In this document: positions 45,691 through 58,773 of the stretch, piece after piece
How positions within the stretch are numbered: the stretch's first letter is position 1
Layout: every line of letters starts with the position of its first letter
Assembly (NCBI GenBank): GCA_964019335.1
Contig: OZ025712.1
Span: 1 to 64,000, forward strand
Source: Diplonema japonicum
Taxonomy: Eukaryota; Protista; Euglenozoa: Diplonemea
Length of the DNA stretch: 64,000 nt
Direction of reading: 5' to 3'
The notes under the pieces: model-generated
Databases searched by the model: none
Seen by the model: the letters and a program-made list of their open reading frames with translations, nothing else
Told to the model about the DNA's origin: nothing
Made by a program: the position numbers and the translations under genes

Positions 45691-47926
45691 GGGGTTTATG
45701 GTCTTCCACCCCCACCTCCAGGGCGTAGCTGGCATGATTGTTCTCTGCTTCCACGAACACCGCAGCGGGTGGCGTGATGGCAGCAAGGGACAACGCCAGA
45801 GGAGATCGTGTATCGTCACCGCTCCGCACCGAACACCCATCGCTCTTCAGCAGATCGGATAGTGCCTCCCTTGAGAGGAAGTCGGGCGAGTCGGTCATGT
45901 TGTCGGTAGGGGACTTGACCTCTGACGGCTTGGTGCTAGTAGAGTTGGGCGCCTGCATAGTATGCACAGAGTAGCCATGCACCACGTCATCGTTGCACAC
46001 GTGTGCAGTCACAAGAGGGGGCGGGGTGCCACGCGGCGATCGTGGGGTTCTGGCCAAGCTGCGGAGTGACGTCTTTCTGCTTACTTCACGTGGTGATGAC
46101 CCACCCTGAGGGGAGCCATATCGAGGTGATGTTGGGCCACGCGGCGGCGGCGTGCTCAACGGAGGGAGAGGGGGCAGGTTCGGCGCAGCAGCGGCGTACT
46201 TCCTCATGAGCCCGTTGTCACCGTGCATGTTCATGGACCGCTCCTGTGAGTCCCTGATAGCCTCGAACACACTTGCCATCTGGCTTATGCGAGCTGCGCT
46301 GTTTGTGACAGGTACTTGCAGCCCCGCGCCGTAAACCGCCACAGCGAGCCGCATGTAGTTGAAGTGGATGGTGTTGACATTCACGTGGTACTTGTACACC
46401 TGCAGTCCTTCGTTCACCTTTTCGCGAATCTTCTCATCGCGAATCTCAGAGCTGATAGAGGCAAAGTTCCCACAGAGCACCGCTAGGACAAGGTTCATGG
46501 TGAAGAAGGAACCGAACAGCGTCACTGCCAAGAAGTAGATGAAGGAGAACTGCCCCGATGCGTCGGTGGCGATAAGCATGTCATCTGGCCAGTCGTCTAG
46601 GGAGATGACCTTGAAAACCACAAGCAGTGCTGATAGTGTGTTGTCAAAGTTCAGGTACTGGAATCTTCGCCAGCTATGCACTGCGCACGACGATGCGACA
46701 CTGGTGCCAATGTCGTTGGCATTGCAGTGTGTGCCGAAATCGCCTGTCGTGCATGCAGTTGTTACGTTCAGCAGCAACCATTCCTTCGCAACCCAGTCTG
46801 TGAGCGATCTATTCCCACCGGGCGGCAGCGCCGTGGGTGCAGGTCCCGTGCCATTCCACACAGCCGACCCGACGCTTATGGCTGCAGTCAGCATGTCCTC
46901 GCTGCCAAACGAAATCAGCTCGTTCACATCGAGATAGCACCGTTGGTGCCACGAGCCCTCCCACACAAGCACACCCGTGATTGCAAACATAATCATGAAG
47001 AACAACAACAATATCACAACGTTCGAAAGAGGTCCCATTGACGAGAGCAGTGCTTTGAGGATGATCTGCAAGCCCTCGACAGAGTGCAGGGCTTTCAGAG
47101 GCCGCAAGAGTCGCAGTGATCGTATGACGCTGAAGTTAGCAACAGTGGGGTGCAACCCTGCCCATGCGAGGATTACAATGGAGAAGTCGATGATGTTCCA
47201 CCAGTTGGGGGCCTTCTTGATGCCGGGGCCCTTGCGCACACCTTCAACGAGGTAGGAGTCCACGTGCATGGCAAAGCCCATGGCGAGGATTTTGAGAACG
47301 GCTTCGATGGTGAAGACGGCGAGGAAGATGTATTCGCAGATCTGGAGGAACTGGCGGATGCTGCTGTCGCCCTCATCACGGGTGGAGGCGTCGATGGCGA
47401 GGCAGACGGCGTTGGCGAGGATGGCAGCGAGGACAGGACGGGTGAACCAGACGGAGTCCACAAGGGTGACGAGGTTGACCCTGAGGGGAGACACCGCTGG
47501 CACAATGCACAACGGTGACGCCAAACTATTATAACCTGTTCCGGTGCCGAAGTGGTAACGGCTGTGCCAGTACTTAAGGTCCTTGAGGCCGAGGTACTTG
47601 TTGGAGCAGTTGCCTTGTGAGGAGCAGGAGTCGAAGAAGAGCCGCGACACATCCACCATAACGGTGTTGCCTGGGAGCGACACCAAGGCGTGCGTGTTCA
47701 CCAACCGTGTAGTGTCGTTGCCAAGAGGGACTGTGTGCGTGTATGGACGGCTGGCAGCATTCGAGCTGAAGACCTCTTCCTCTTCCTCTTCCTCACCACT
47801 GCACACGCCCGTGATCTCGCTTTCCGTAGTAGAGCTGTCCTCCGCCATCGGTTCCGTTCTTTCAAACCCGCTTGAGCCCGACTTCGTGGGCTCCAGGCTT
47901 GGCTCCGCCAACAGCAAGTCGGCCAT
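40833..47926 (-). CDS. Four-domain voltage-gated cation (Cav/Nav-type) channel alpha subunit; introns 42737-42782, 42640-42675, 42292-42330, 42085-42122, 41934-41976, 41567-41605, 41427-41472
   Basis: Four S4 segments (RSLRLLRPLKAL, RALRAFRVTRLLR, RSLRTLRL, RILRVARLFRLIK), four pore loops, EF-hand-like FKETWLKFDP, IQ motif IQERWK. Confidence 0.92.
45653..45690 (-). repeat. (AAC)n microsatellite encoding poly-Asn in the channel I-II linker
   Basis: (gtt)n on the plus strand. Confidence 0.9.
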
Positions 47927-49628
47927 TCCCAAAAAGATGAAGAGAAGCTTCTAAAAGTGAAAAAGAAAAAAAAAAAAAGAGTGAGAGGGAGAAGAGAAGT
48001 CGAGAGGCGCGCGATGTCTACCTTATGCTACATCTATCTATCGGTTGTATTCCTCCTGGTGGACGGGGTCTTGTGTGTCCATTTAGAAGTGCCGCAGCAA
48101 AGCTAAGTTAACCACCCCTCCTGTGTGAGTTTTTTTTTTTTGAAGTGAAGGAACAGCAACAATAGTGGCGAACAACAGAAAATAATACCCCCTCCCCCCA
48201 ACCCGCTGAGTCTGCAGAGAACCATTGTCCACGACGACCGGAGTGTACCATATGATGACAAAAAAACTGCGGGTGAACTAATTTTTCTTTTTCTCCTTTC
48301 TTTTTTTTTTTTTTCTCCGAGCCTCTTTCTTTTTTTTTTTTTTTTTTTTTTTTTTTGCACTTCTCGTACAGTACCCTGGGTGAAAACCGTTTTCTTTTTC
48401 TTCTTTTGGTGTTGTTTTGGATGCTCTTTCAGAAAGATAAAAAAGGGGGAGAAGACTTGCAGTGGAAATTTCTTTTGTTGGAATTTCCCAATCAAAAAAA
48501 GAGGAGGGTGGACTGGACAAGAAACGAAGTACGTTTTATCGCAGCACGGGGGGGGGGGGGAAAGAAATTCGATTGGAGTAAAACAATAAGGTCCCTAGCA
48601 ACAAAACAGGGAAAACGAAGAAACCGGACCCCCCCCCCCCCCCCCGCACTGCCACTCTGTATTTTTTTTGAAGGCATGGAGTACGGGAGGAAAACTTAGT
48701 TTTAAAATATTAGGGGGGGATGGGAGGATGGAAAAAAAAAAAAGAAAAAGACAGAAGTTCATGGGCAACATCAATAAACTTGACTCGGGGGAGCGCCCAC
48801 CCAGTGCAAGTTGAAGGTCTTGTTATTTTTCCTTTTTTTTTTTTCAAATCACTATGAGGCGTAACGAGGTGGCTCGTGACCCACTATACTGGGCTTTTTG
48901 TTAATGCTTCTTGATCACCTCAGTGCCGTCCTATCGAAGCCAACGATGCGGTCGTCGTCAAGGGGCCGCAGTGCATCTCACGTGGCTAGCGTTGAAGGGG
49001 GGGGGAGATTAAAAAAAATCCTTCAGCCCACCGGTAGTGGTGGGCGCCACGCCATTCTTCACACTTCTCTTTTAGAGAAAACTTAGATTAAAATGGGGGG
49101 AGGGGGCGAAGAAAACAAAAAAGTATGTAGCATAGGGGGTAAGGAAAAAGAAAAAAAAAAAAAAAAAAAAAAGGGAAAACGATGAAAGTAAAATTTGAAC
49201 AGATTGATATAAGAAACAGAACGCCTGAACAAAAAGAAGTTTTTTGTTTTTTTCTTTTTTTTTAAACCAAGTCTTTTAACCACCCGTCCCCATGTATTTC
49301 TCTCTTTTTTTTTTTTTTTTTTTTTTTTTTCGGTTCACACCATTTCTGTACTTCATATGCAGAGAAAAAAGAAATAATATTATCAAAAAAAAGGGTGAAA
49401 ACCGAGGATTATTTCTTTTTTTTTTTTTCCCTTTCTCGTTTCACCCAAAACCTTTTTCCCGTTACACATTAAGCCAAAAGAAAATATTTAAAAAAAAAGA
49501 TTAACGGTAAAAAAAAAAAAAACTCGATAAAATTTCAGTGTGCATGGGGGTGCTCACTGAAAAAAAAAAAATCCTTGTACATTCAAAAATATTTTTTTTT
49601 TTGGAGGATGGGGAGAAAAAAGAAAATT

Positions 49629-51831
49629 CTAGTTACTGAGTATTTCATCATTTGATTCGTAGCCTTCTGCAGAAGATGCCTGTGTGTTTTTTTTTTTTTT
49701 TTTTTTTTTTTTTTCCCTTCATCCATACATAATCATGCTGGTTAACCGCCCTCCACCTGGACAAAAGAGGTGCCTTTATTCTGTGTTTTCTGAACAGCCC
49801 GATGAGGTACCCCTCGCCATCTGAAGAGGCCCCAGCGACGTAGACCACAACAGCGATAAGGGCAATGGCAAGGGACAAGGCTTCCCATATGTTCATCCAG
49901 TTAAAAGAAACCGGCACAACACAGGCCAGCAAGGAAACTAAACAGAGAGACACCATGAACTGAACTTGAGAGGAGGTATGCGTAGATAGGCTGCAGCCTG
50001 TTGAGAGAGATGTAAGGAGCGTGGTCTCAGAGAGAGGGGATGAGAGGTCGCCAAGGATGGAGCCGCCGAGAATGGCGCCCATACATTTCACGATGAGGTC
50101 CTCATCAGGGGAGAGGTGCGATGTGAGCACAATGTCCCTTCCCAGGTGCGCGGCAAAAGGAACCACAACAGGAAAGAGAATGCCCATAGAGGCAAAGGAC
50201 GACCCGCAGACATATGAAATGAAACATGTCACAACAAATGTAATAACAGGAAGCCACTCCTTCGCCAGAGAGTCTAGCGCGTGCGAAAGGTAGTCCGCCG
50301 TGTGCAGCTCAGAGATGGCCAGCTCCAAAGCCCACACGCTGAGGATAATGAGCAACGGCTGCACTGAATTCTGCAGCCCCTTAACCCATGCTGACACCGA
50401 CTCCTCAATGCTGAGGATTTTCTGCGTCAAGTTGCTGATGAGCGAGACCCCCAGCGCTGCCATCGTGGACCAGATCAGCGCGTTGACAGAGGTGCTCTCG
50501 CTGAACACCTGTGGGATGTAGATGGACGGGATCTCCTGATTGTACGACTCCAACGTCTTCAGGCCGTCCAGCCACATCCCCAACGGTGTCCCCAGCACTA
50601 GTATCATCACAGGGACCAGCGCGTTCACGATACGAGGCACCACACCCGACTTCGGCTCCAAACAGTTTGAGTCGTACGACACGACAGCATAGTAGTTGAC
50701 ATGCAGGTCCGACATCACCGACTCGTCGTCCACGATAGACATGCCCACCGTGCCCCCGCCCATGGTGCGCTCCCTCTTTGGGTCAGTCTTGCTCATCTCA
50801 CGCCCTGTGAACAGCATCAGCACGATGCTGTAAATCGCAAGGATAGGGAAGATACGGTAAGGGAGCGTCTTCATGCACGCGATCCACGGGTTGGTGGTGA
50901 TGTCCAGCGTCTGGTACTGCGTGGTAACGAAGCCTACCTGGATGGCTGTCCAGGTCGACACCGGTAAGATAGAAGCAAGACACACCGAAATGGTGTGGAT
51001 GATACAAGCAACCCTCTCAGAGGTCACGCCCACAGAGGCGAGCAGCGGCCCCAGCGACTGCCCGACAATCATGATGCTGGCCCTGTCGTCGATGGAGAGG
51101 AGCGACGTGAAGCAAAGAGCAACGAACTGCCCCCTTTTTGATGTGGTGGCTTTCTTGCGCAAAAACAGGCTGATGGCCATCGTCCCGCCGCTCTTTTGCA
51201 CCATAGCGATGACCCCTGACAGCAGCACGAGGAAGATGATAATGCGGGAGTGTATGTCCGAGTTCATGGAGGACACCAAATACGTGTCGCACATGCGGAT
51301 AAACTGTGTTTGCGATAGAAAGTAATTTTTCAAAACAAAACATACCCCAGTAGCTGGGTCCCCGTACACCATGGAGGCGGCCACCCAGAGGCTCAGGAGA
51401 AGCCCGATGACAACATGCCTGCTGATCAGGCAGAATATAGGAGTCAGAAACACAGGAAGAATGGAAAGAACAGCAGGAAGGACCAAGCTGGTTGTCGTTG
51501 AGTTCTTTCTGAAGGGGTCCAGACGGAGCTTGAACTTCACGTGGCCCGCCTCTGTTATCTTAGGGAGGAGCAGAGTGTGCAGCAAAACGGCGTCTCGGTA
51601 GCTATCTGTGGTGTTGATGTACCCAGACACTATGGTGCCGTTGTCGCCCACTTGTATGGAATAGTTCACCTGTCTCGGCCATCGTTCTCCGTTCACATAA
51701 GGGGGGATCGTCAACAATCCAAAAGACGGGACGTCGGTAAGAATAATTTTGCTGACCTTCAACTCCGGCAACCGTGCCTCGCACAGCACGAACAACAACA
51801 ACACCAACACGCCGCTCCTCAAGCACGACAT
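49629..51831 (-). CDS. NhaC-family (Na+/H+ antiporter-like) membrane protein with signal peptide; introns 51304-51345, 49680-49728
   Basis: LSILPVFL, KSGG, IDD, PVSTW, GSSFASMGILFP, GSILGDLSSPLSETTLLTS. Confidence 0.8.
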
Positions 51832-51950
51832 CTTAGGAGCCGTCCCCCTGCTGGCTTTGGAAAAAGAAGAATTTAAAAAAGGACCAAGGGAAAAAAAAAA
51901 AAAAAAAGGAAATGCTGATACGGTCATTTGATAGTATTGTTCTTCTTTCA

Positions 51951-54059
51951 TCATAGGTTAGATTGGAGTGCCTTCCTTCCGATGTACACGCCTTCCTCCG
52001 ACCACTGCTTCTTTGCCTTGCCCTTCTTCTCCCATCGCTTTTGTCTGGTGAACTTCTGCTTCATGGATTTAAGGACGCCTGTTGGTATGTTTTACAGTTT
52101 TGTTTCTTGCTCTTGGCACATACCACCCACGTATGGTGCTCGCTCGCCGTCGGTCTTCGTCAGATGGACCTGGGGTGCTGTGTCGCCGAGGCAGAAGGAG
52201 TACGCCACCTCTGTGAGAGGAAGCTGTTTTATGTTGAAAAACTGTTTCAGCGTGTGCTGCTGGTAGGCCATGACGGTAGCCTTGTAGGCAGATCGGGCGC
52301 ACTTTTCGAGGATGTTGTCCTCCATTATCAGCTGGTGCAGCTTGTCGTTGTACTTGGAGACATCGACCCGAGGTGCCTTGCGCTCTGAGATGGTGATGCC
52401 GTGGTCACGAAGGAAGGTCAGGAACTTCACTTCAGGGGGTGTGAGCATCAGCAGTGCCGACCCAGTCCCACCACCTCTGGCAGTTCTTCCGACACGATGG
52501 AGGTACTCAGAAGGGTCAGTCGGAGGGTCGTATTGAACGATCCACTCCACAGCAGGAATGTCCAGCCCACGGGCCGTGACGTCGGTTGAGAACAGCACAC
52601 CGTCCTGTGCAGCGCAGAAGTGGTCAAATGTCGCCACACGCTGCCTGTGCTTCATCTTCCCGTGCAGCATGAGACACTGCAGGCTGCCGCTCAGTATCGT
52701 GTTTAGCATCATGCAGTGGAACTGCGCACTGGCACACGATGCGAAGAACACAATGATCTTCTTCGCACCCTCCTTCGTCAGCTCTTTCAGCAGCTTGTAC
52801 AGGTGCACCAGCTTTCCCTCCATCTTTACTACCATTGCAACCTGCTTCAGTCGCTGCGTAGGCACGGGGGCTTGGAAGTTCTCCTCGTCGTTCAAGTTGT
52901 GTATCGCCGTCGAAGCTGACGACGACATGTTCTTCTTCAGCGCTTCCCTCTCCTCCTCTTCCTCGCCCTCTTCCATTTCTTCACCTTCTATCTCTTCGGC
53001 TTCTTCCTCCTGATCCTCAGCATCCTCATCCCCCCGGTGGTAAGTGATATCCGTGATGTGCAGAGGCGGCTGTACGAATGAGAGCCTTCCCAAGTCTGCC
53101 ATCCCCCTGGCCATGGTGGCTGAGAAGAGTGCCGTGGTCCTGTTCACCATGTCGGAGAGGAGCCTAAGAATGCCATCGATCTGCTTCTGGAAACCTTCCA
53201 TCAGCACCCTGTCTGCCTCGTCGATGATAAGGTGTTCCACCTGTTTTTTCCACTTCCATCCTTTCGTGTGCTGCATGTGGTCCAGCAGACGGCCAGGAGT
53301 TGCAACCACTATTGTAACACCTTCTTTCAGCATCTTAGTTTCCATGGTCACCTTCGTCCCACCGGTGATGAGTTCTGCGTTCATCTCCGTGTCGATGTTC
53401 TTTAGTAGCCTCTGCGCCACAGTGGCGATTTGATGGCACAGCTCCTTCGTGGGACTGATGATGATAGCCTTTGTGCAGCTCTTGTCTGCCTCGGCAGCAA
53501 GTAGCTCCGACAGCATAGGCACCACGAAGGCCAAGGTCTTCCCTGACCCTGTCTTGGCCTGGCCGAGTACATCCTTCCCATTCATCAGCTCTGGGATGCA
53601 CCTCCTTTGGATTTCTGTGAGATGTGTAAAACCTTCTTTGGTAAGGGACGCCACGAGCCGCTTATCCAGGCCCAGTGTGGGCGTATCGAATCGCTTGGGA
53701 AGGCTTTTGGGAACGGTGTACGGCTCAGCTTGCATGTCTTGTTCATCTTCACCGCTTTTCTGTACAGGCACCTTCCCCACCCACCAGTTCGACCTTTCCC
53801 ACCAAGGCTTCCGCTTTTTCCTCCTTTTCTCCCCTTTCCCTTCGATAGCTGCAGCAATCTGCATCTCATCATTCATAGCCACCAGCATACTGTGCTTCAT
53901 TTTCCCGCTTGTGTCCCCAAGAGCAGGGCCCACTCCAGGTGGCAGCTGTTCTCCTTCTTCCATCATGTCGGGTCCCTCGTCGAACTCTTCCTGTCCCGCC
54001 TTGCTCTCCGCGTCGCGCAGCATTGCGCGCAACTTCCTTTTCCGTCCCTTGATGCCCAT
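51951..54059 (-). CDS. HAS1: DEAD-box RNA helicase, HAS1/DDX18-like; intron 52079-52123
   Basis: AKTGSGKTLAF, DEAD, FSAT, ARGLDIPAVEWIVQYDPP.DP.EYLHRVGRTARG, C-terminal VAYSF. Confidence 0.82.
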
Positions 54060-54229
54060 TGTGCGTCCCTTCCTTGCGTGATGGTAAAAGTTGGCTCTTT
54101 TTCTTTCCAATGAAATGAAATGTTATACTGTCCCCTTCCCTTCTGATAACGGAATAAACAAATAAAAGGGGGAGAGCGATACCAAGCTTAGCATTTATGG
54201 TTAGCAAGGGGGGAGAGGGAGAGGGAGGG

Positions 54230-55177
54230 CTAAGCTATGGGCTCTTCTTTGCGCACGTCCTCAGCGTCGGCATCGTTCAAGAGATACGAGAAGTCAACTT
54301 CTGTTCTGATGTACTCCGACGACTTCTGGTGGCGTTTGGTAAAGTGTGGCCTTTCCGTCGCGTGCTCGTGCTTCTTTTGGTGCTCCTGACGTGAGAAATA
54401 AGACACAATAGACATGAAACATACCCTATCCTTGTAGCTCCTTTGGATGACTGCGTACTGGTGGATGTAGTAATACAAGAGATCATCGAACTCACCTTTG
54501 TATGTTTCCCCCTTCGCGACCTGAAGGTCCCTGACTAGGTAGTAAATGGCCTCGATGGTGGCGAGGAAGGTCTCGTCACCGACATTCTGGAATCTCCAGA
54601 AGAGGGTGCGGTATTTTTCGAGGAGAACAGGGATGCCAAGGGCTTTGACAGCAGGGTCGCGGCAGATCCCCTTCGACTGCTGCCATGTCGAATCGACGAA
54701 GACCAGGTTTTTGATGGAAGCAAGAGCACCGCTCTCGGCTAGCTGTGAAAGGCTCTGTGCTTCAGGGGAAGGGTAAACAAGAAGCGTCTCTTCCTTCTTG
54801 ATATCTTTCGGGAGCTCAGGGTGGGTGTAAAGATGCACATTGCTGCTCATCACGGCGCCTTGCACGCTCGTAGCCTTTCCCCGGTGCTCGCCAGCGTGAA
54901 GGAGAACGTGAACATCAACAGGCAGCTTCACGTCCACCGCCCGCGCCATCGGATTCGTCAGTTGCAAGCAATCATAGCAATAATACTGCCTCCGCTTGTC
55001 GCACTTCACGCAAGGTTTTCTCTCAGACACTTCTTTCCTCTCAAGAACCGATACAGGTTGGGTGAACTTCAGGCTATCTATGAACTTCTTGACTTCCTCA
55101 GCTGGGATGATGTCCTTTCCAACGTCACCTGTCCCAGTCACTACCTTTTTCTGCTTTTTGCTAGGTGGACCTTCCAT
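54230..55177 (-). CDS. DTWD1: DTW-domain tRNA-uridine aminocarboxypropyltransferase; intron 54386-54424
   Basis: CVKC...YYCYDC, FVDSTWQQSK, TLFWRFQ, LATIEAIYY, DDLLYYY. Confidence 0.85.
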   Translation of the reverse strand: MEGPPSKKQKKVVTGTGDVGKDIIPAEEVKKFIDSLKFTQPVSVLERKEVSERKPCVKCDKRRQYYCYDCLQLTNPMARAVDVKLPVDVHVLLHAGEHRGKATSVQGAVMSSNVHLYTHPELPKDIKKEETLLVYPSPEAQSLSQLAESGALASIKNLVFVDSTWQQSKGICRDPAVKALGIPVLLEKYRTLFWRFQNVGDETFLATIEAIYYLVRDLQVAKGETYKGEFDDLLYYYIHQYAVIQRSYKDRVCFMSIVSYFSRQEHQKKHEHATERPHFTKRHQKSSEYIRTEVDFSYLLNDADAEDVRKEEPIA

Positions 55178-55614
55178 TTTCTTTTTCTTTTTTTTTCTAT
55201 TCCTTTTCCCTCTCCTTAATTTATTTACACCCCCCCCCCCGTTCTTTTTTTTTCCATTCTCGACAACCACCGCTAGTAAAAGAAAAAAAAGAAAGTTTTA
55301 AAAAAAAATAAGAATAATAATAAAAGAAAAAAAGAAGAAAAAAGGAAAAGCACGCCCTGCAGGTGCCGCAACCCGGGCAACCCGCAAAAGAACCATCATC
55401 CCTGGCCTTCACACCACGAGGGTTACAAGGACTGCAGGGAGCCGAAAGGGGAAAGAAAAGGGGGGCATTCAAAGACAAAAGACAGTCCCACTTGAGGACA
55501 GCCTTTTGAAAAAAGTCGCATCAATAAAATAAAATAAAAAGAAAATTGGGGAGAAAATAAGGTAAAAACAGCACTACGTTTCAAGTTAATGTACGGCGCT
55601 TCATATATATGTGT

Positions 55615-55642
55615 TTAGTACCCAGCACCGATGAGGTAGTCC

Positions 55643-55676
<34 letters not shown>

Positions 55677-56044
55677 AATACCTTCATCCCCTCAACAGCG
55701 ACGTTGCACCCACCAGGGGTCTGGCCCTCGGCGTAGGTGCCGACAACCAAGCACTGGGTGCTCTTAGCAATGCACACCCCAGCAGCACCCTTCTTCCCGT
55801 AGTAAAGACCATCTTCGCTAATGAAACGGAGGGTGAAGTGCTTCTCCCCCGCAATGGTGCACCCGTTGGCCTGGAAGTACGCACCCGAAGCCTCACCCAT
55901 ACCACCGGCGATGGCAACAGCCTCCTCAGGGGTCAGCCCGAAGGCAGCATCCTTGGCCCAGACGGAGCCGTCAATTCCAAGAAGTGCTGCGTTCTTCACG
56001 GCACCGCCAGCGATCAGGTTGTCACAGTACGAGTCCCAAGACAT
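55615..56044 (-). CDS. PFN: Profilin copy 1; intron 55642-55681
   Basis: MSWDSYCDNL..AALLGIDGSVWA..GKKGAAG; spliced end MKDYLIGAGY*. Confidence 0.93.
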
Positions 56045-56313
56045 TTTTCTTTTTTTTTTTTTTTTGTGTGGTGTTGGAGGAGCTTAAGTCACTGTGGTGC
56101 ATGAAGAGCTGGAACGCAGTTTTAAACGGAAAACCACATCAAACGACTACGCCGTAGGGCGTGGGGCGGTGTCTCAAAGTAAACGTGGCGAGCAACCGCT
56201 CGCAAGCGCTCAAAAAACGAGGGAACAGGGTGGGAGGATGGGGGAGGGGGTTATTTATTTCCGACACTCTGCGATGCCAATTGGCACACACATTCTTATT
56301 AAACGTTTGTCGC

Positions 56314-56740
56314 CTAGTACCCAGCACCGATGAGGTAGTCCTGTTGTTGTTGTTGTTGCTCAATGGGAACCCCATACCTTCATCCCCTCAACAGCGACGT
56401 TGCACCCACCAGGGGTCTGGCCCTCGGCGTAGGTGCCGACAACCAAGCACTGGGTGCTCTTGGCAATGCACACCCCAGCAGCACCCTTCTTCCCGTAGAA
56501 AAGACCATCTTCGCTAATGAAACGGAGGGTGAAGTGCTTCTCACCCGCAATGGTGCACCCGTTGGCCTGGAAGTACGCACCCGAAGCCTCACCCATACCA
56601 CCGGCGATGGCAACAGCCTCCTCAGGGGTCAGCCCGAAGGCAGCATCCTTGGCCCAGACGGAGCCGTCAATTCCGAGAAGTGCTGCGTTCTTCACGGCAC
56701 CGCCAGCGATCAGGTTGTCACAGTACGAGTCCCAAGACAT
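56314..56740 (-). CDS. PFN: Profilin copy 2; intron 56341-56377
   Basis: Near-identical to copy 1. Confidence 0.93.
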
Positions 56741-57080
56741 TTTCTTTTTTTTTTTTTTTTCTTTTTTTTAAATTTCGTGCTGGTAAATGATAGGTGTACA
56801 AATAGAAGCAGGCGGGGGCGGGGGGAGAAATAAAACTAAGGGGGGCGGCGCACTCTGTGTGCTGTCCCCCCACCCTCTCTGAGGTCCACTGTTCGAGGAC
56901 GGGCACCAGGGAGGGATTAATTAAGGCGCAGAACCCCTTTTTTTTTCCTTTCTTTCTTTCTTTTTCTTCTTCCTTAAAGCCGGACACTAACCCCACTCAC
57001 ATTGTGTATATTACATCGTTCCTTTAATCTCTCTCTCTCTCTTTTTTTTTTTTTTTTTTTTTTAACTAACTAACTTAGAC

Positions 57081-57482
57081 CTAAATCGTAGTGGCGCTGT
57101 CGTTGTTGGGGTTTTGTATGACGATCAGCACGTACTCTTTGTCGGGGGCAACCTTTTTTTTTCCCCTCCCTTTTTTTTTCCCCCCACACACACACACACA
57201 CCATAATCTCATGTTTTTTAGACCTAATTCTTAGAAATGTCAGATCATTAGTTGGATCTAAATCGCGAACGCAGTGGCGTGCCTGGTAGGGAGAGGGGAG
57301 GAGGGGATTCAATCCTAGCATACCTTGACTGTCAGAGCTGTGATCAGCTGAGCGTACTGATTAGAAAGGTTGGCATCTTCTATGGTAGTTTTTATCGGTG
57401 CTCCATCGGAGTTTACAATTAGAATCCCCAAAACCCCTTTATGTTGGTTAATGCGGTTGAACGTGTCCTCGATTTCAGACAT
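57081..57482 (-). CDS. DYNLRB: Dynein light chain roadblock/LC7; introns 57283-57323, 57153-57201
   Basis: [19 protein letters not shown]...[38 protein letters not shown]. Confidence 0.93.
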
Positions 57483-58067
57483 TTTCTTTTTTTTTCTATA
57501 TTTCCCCCCCCCCCTCTTCCTGTCCCCCGCTTTTACCTTTTGTTTTTTTTTTTCTCCCCCCCTTTTTTTTTGCCCGCAAAACAAAGGGAAAAAAAAAAGA
57601 AAATGTGGGAAAACGGGGTGTGGGGGATGGTAGAAAAGAAATGAAAAAAAAAAAAACGACATTTGCCTACCACGGTTTTTTTTTTTTTTTTTTTTTTTTT
57701 TTTCCAGTAAAAAAAAAAAAAAAAAAAAAAAAATAGGTCGGTTTATAAAGAAAAAAGAGAAAAAAAAAAAGAATGTCATTTTCTGTTTCTTCCAACAAAA
57801 AAAAGGGGGGATAAAATAAAGAGAAAGTAAACACAGAAGAAAGAAGGGAAAACAATACAAAAAAAACCAATTTTTTCTTGCTTTGTTTCCCCCTTCGTCT
57901 TCATCATGGAAAGAAAAGGTAAGGTAAAAAAAAAAGGGGGGGTTACGCCAAACACTATTATTTCTGCTGCACCAGTGCCAATTGTATCATTTGTTAAAGA
58001 GGCCAACTGGGCTGTCGGAGAAGTAGGGGGTGGTCCGGGTGATCCAGGGAAGAGGTTTACGCGCTGT

Positions 58068-58095
58068 TTAGTACCCAGCACCGACGAGGTAGTCC

Positions 58096-58129
<34 letters not shown>

Positions 58130-58509
58130 CAATGGGAACCCCATACCTTCATCCCCTCAACAGCGACGTTGCACCCACCAGGGGTCTGGCCCTCGGCGTA
58201 GGTGCCGACAACCAAGCACTGGGTGCTCTTGGCAATGCACACACCAGCAGCACCCTTCTTCCCGTAGAAAAGACCTTCATCGCCAATGAAACGGAGGGTG
58301 AAGTGCTTCTCCCCCGCAATGGTGCACCCGTTGGCCTGGAAGTACGCACCCGAAGCCTCACCCATACCACCGGCGATGGCAACAGCCTCCTCAGGGGTCA
58401 GTCCGAAGGCAGCATCCTTGGCCCAGACGGAGCCGTCAATTCCGAGAAGTGCTGCGTTCTTCACGGCACCGCCAGCGATCAGGTTGTCACAGTACGAGTC
58501 CCAAGACAT
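58068..58509 (-). CDS. PFN: Profilin copy 3; intron 58095-58146
   Basis: Near-identical; carries the IGDEGLFYG variant. Confidence 0.93.
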
Positions 58510-58773
58510 TTTTTTTTTTTTTTTTTTTTTTGTGCGGTGTTGGAGGAGCTTAAGTCACTGTGGTGCGTAGAAAATAGTCGGTGAAGACGAGCGGAAAAAA
58601 GAAAGAAAAAAAAAATAATAAAAAAAAAAGGGGGGGAAAAAAATTCACCCTATCCTTCAGAGGGACATGTCTCATCTACTACTAGCAAGACCCAGACCCT
58701 GAAGTAACGAGTGGTGGGAGGAAGCATCCTTATAACCGAACATAAGGGTATCTCATAATTCTTCGTTTGTTGT

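Noticed and set aside
55355-55439. GC-rich segment closed by an 8-bp stem (ccctgcag/ctgcaggg); SECIS or snoRNA considered
   Set aside because: No in-frame UGA in neighbouring genes and no complete box or core motifs identifiable
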